Part shown: positions 63,744 through 64,000 of the stretch, in pieces
Layout: each line of letters begins with the position of its first letter
Numbering within the stretch: the stretch's first letter is position 1
Source of the DNA: an uncultured Gemmataceae bacterium
GTDB lineage: Bacteria > Planctomycetota > Planctomycetia > Gemmatales > Gemmataceae
Direction: 5' to 3'
Assembly: GCA_963750165.1 (NCBI GenBank)
Contig: CAVVPN010000003.1
Span: 2,464,001-2,528,000, forward strand
DNA: 64,000 nucleotides
Program-made: the position numbers and the translations under genes
The notes under the pieces: generated by a model
The model's input: only the letters and a program-made list of their open reading frames with translations
Database searches by the model: none
What the model was told of the DNA's origin: nothing

Positions 63744-64000
63744 ATGAGCGAACGGCGACGGATCGAGCGCGAGTTTGGCGTGCCCATCGCGGGCGAAATC
63801 CTCGACGCCGCGCGGTGGACGCAGACCGCCCTCAAGCGACTGCCCGCGGATGGGCCGCTGGACTGGCCGGCGCTGTTCGGCCGTGCTGCCCCGGTGGTGC
63901 TGGACCTGGGCTGCGGCAACGGCCGTTTCCTGATCGGCAGCGCTGTCTGGCGGCCGGATCACGATCACGTCGGCATCGACGTGCTGCCGCTGGTGCTGCG
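63744..64000 (+). CDS. trmB: tRNA (guanine-N7)-methyltransferase-like, partial (runs off the right edge)
   Basis: LDWPALFGRAAPVVLDLGCGNGRFL...HVGID SAM motif. Confidence 0.7.
   Translation, partial: MSERRRIEREFGVPIAGEILDAARWTQTALKRLPADGPLDWPALFGRAAPVVLDLGCGNGRFLIGSAVWRPDHDHVGIDVLPLVL

Overview
High-GC chromosomal DNA of a planctomycete, most likely Gemmataceae-like. Evidence: DUF1549/DUF1553 and DUF1501 proteins, ECF sigma factor plus Ser/Thr kinase pairs, an LExLEDR-type export motif, and many different intergenic palindromic repeats. Housekeeping genes include tgt-yajC-secDF, mgtE, a KimA-like APC permease, fabF, hemH, a suhB-like IMPase, a ferredoxin and a partial trmB. The main feature is a ~14 kb single-strand (-) operon at ~17.3-31.15 kb encoding a tailless HK97-type capsid and DNA-packaging system. 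Gene order is AlpA-like HTH, TerL, portal, prohead protease, major capsid, a small capsid-associated protein, head-tail connector, an adaptor-domain/fibre fusion, a papain-like peptidase, a second stand-alone adaptor paralogue, a ParB-like protein, an ABC-ATPase/GNAT fusion, a TerS-like protein and a Zn-finger. I see no integrase, replication, tail tube, tape-measure, baseplate or holin genes. It has a near-consensus sigma70 promoter with a palindromic operator, host REP elements between its genes, and a TerL whose last catalytic nuclease Asp appears replaced by Ala. It is a candidate domesticated, GTA-like or cf-PICI-like particle system. Other items: an integron-cassette-like ORF beside an attI-like site, a matrixin-like protein missing two of three Zn ligands, a giant two-gene membrane-protein operon, and a small island of toxin/antitoxin-like pairs. 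Five single-base frameshifts, three of them clearly in G/C runs, are probably sequencing errors. All calls come from reading motifs by eye; no database searches were run.
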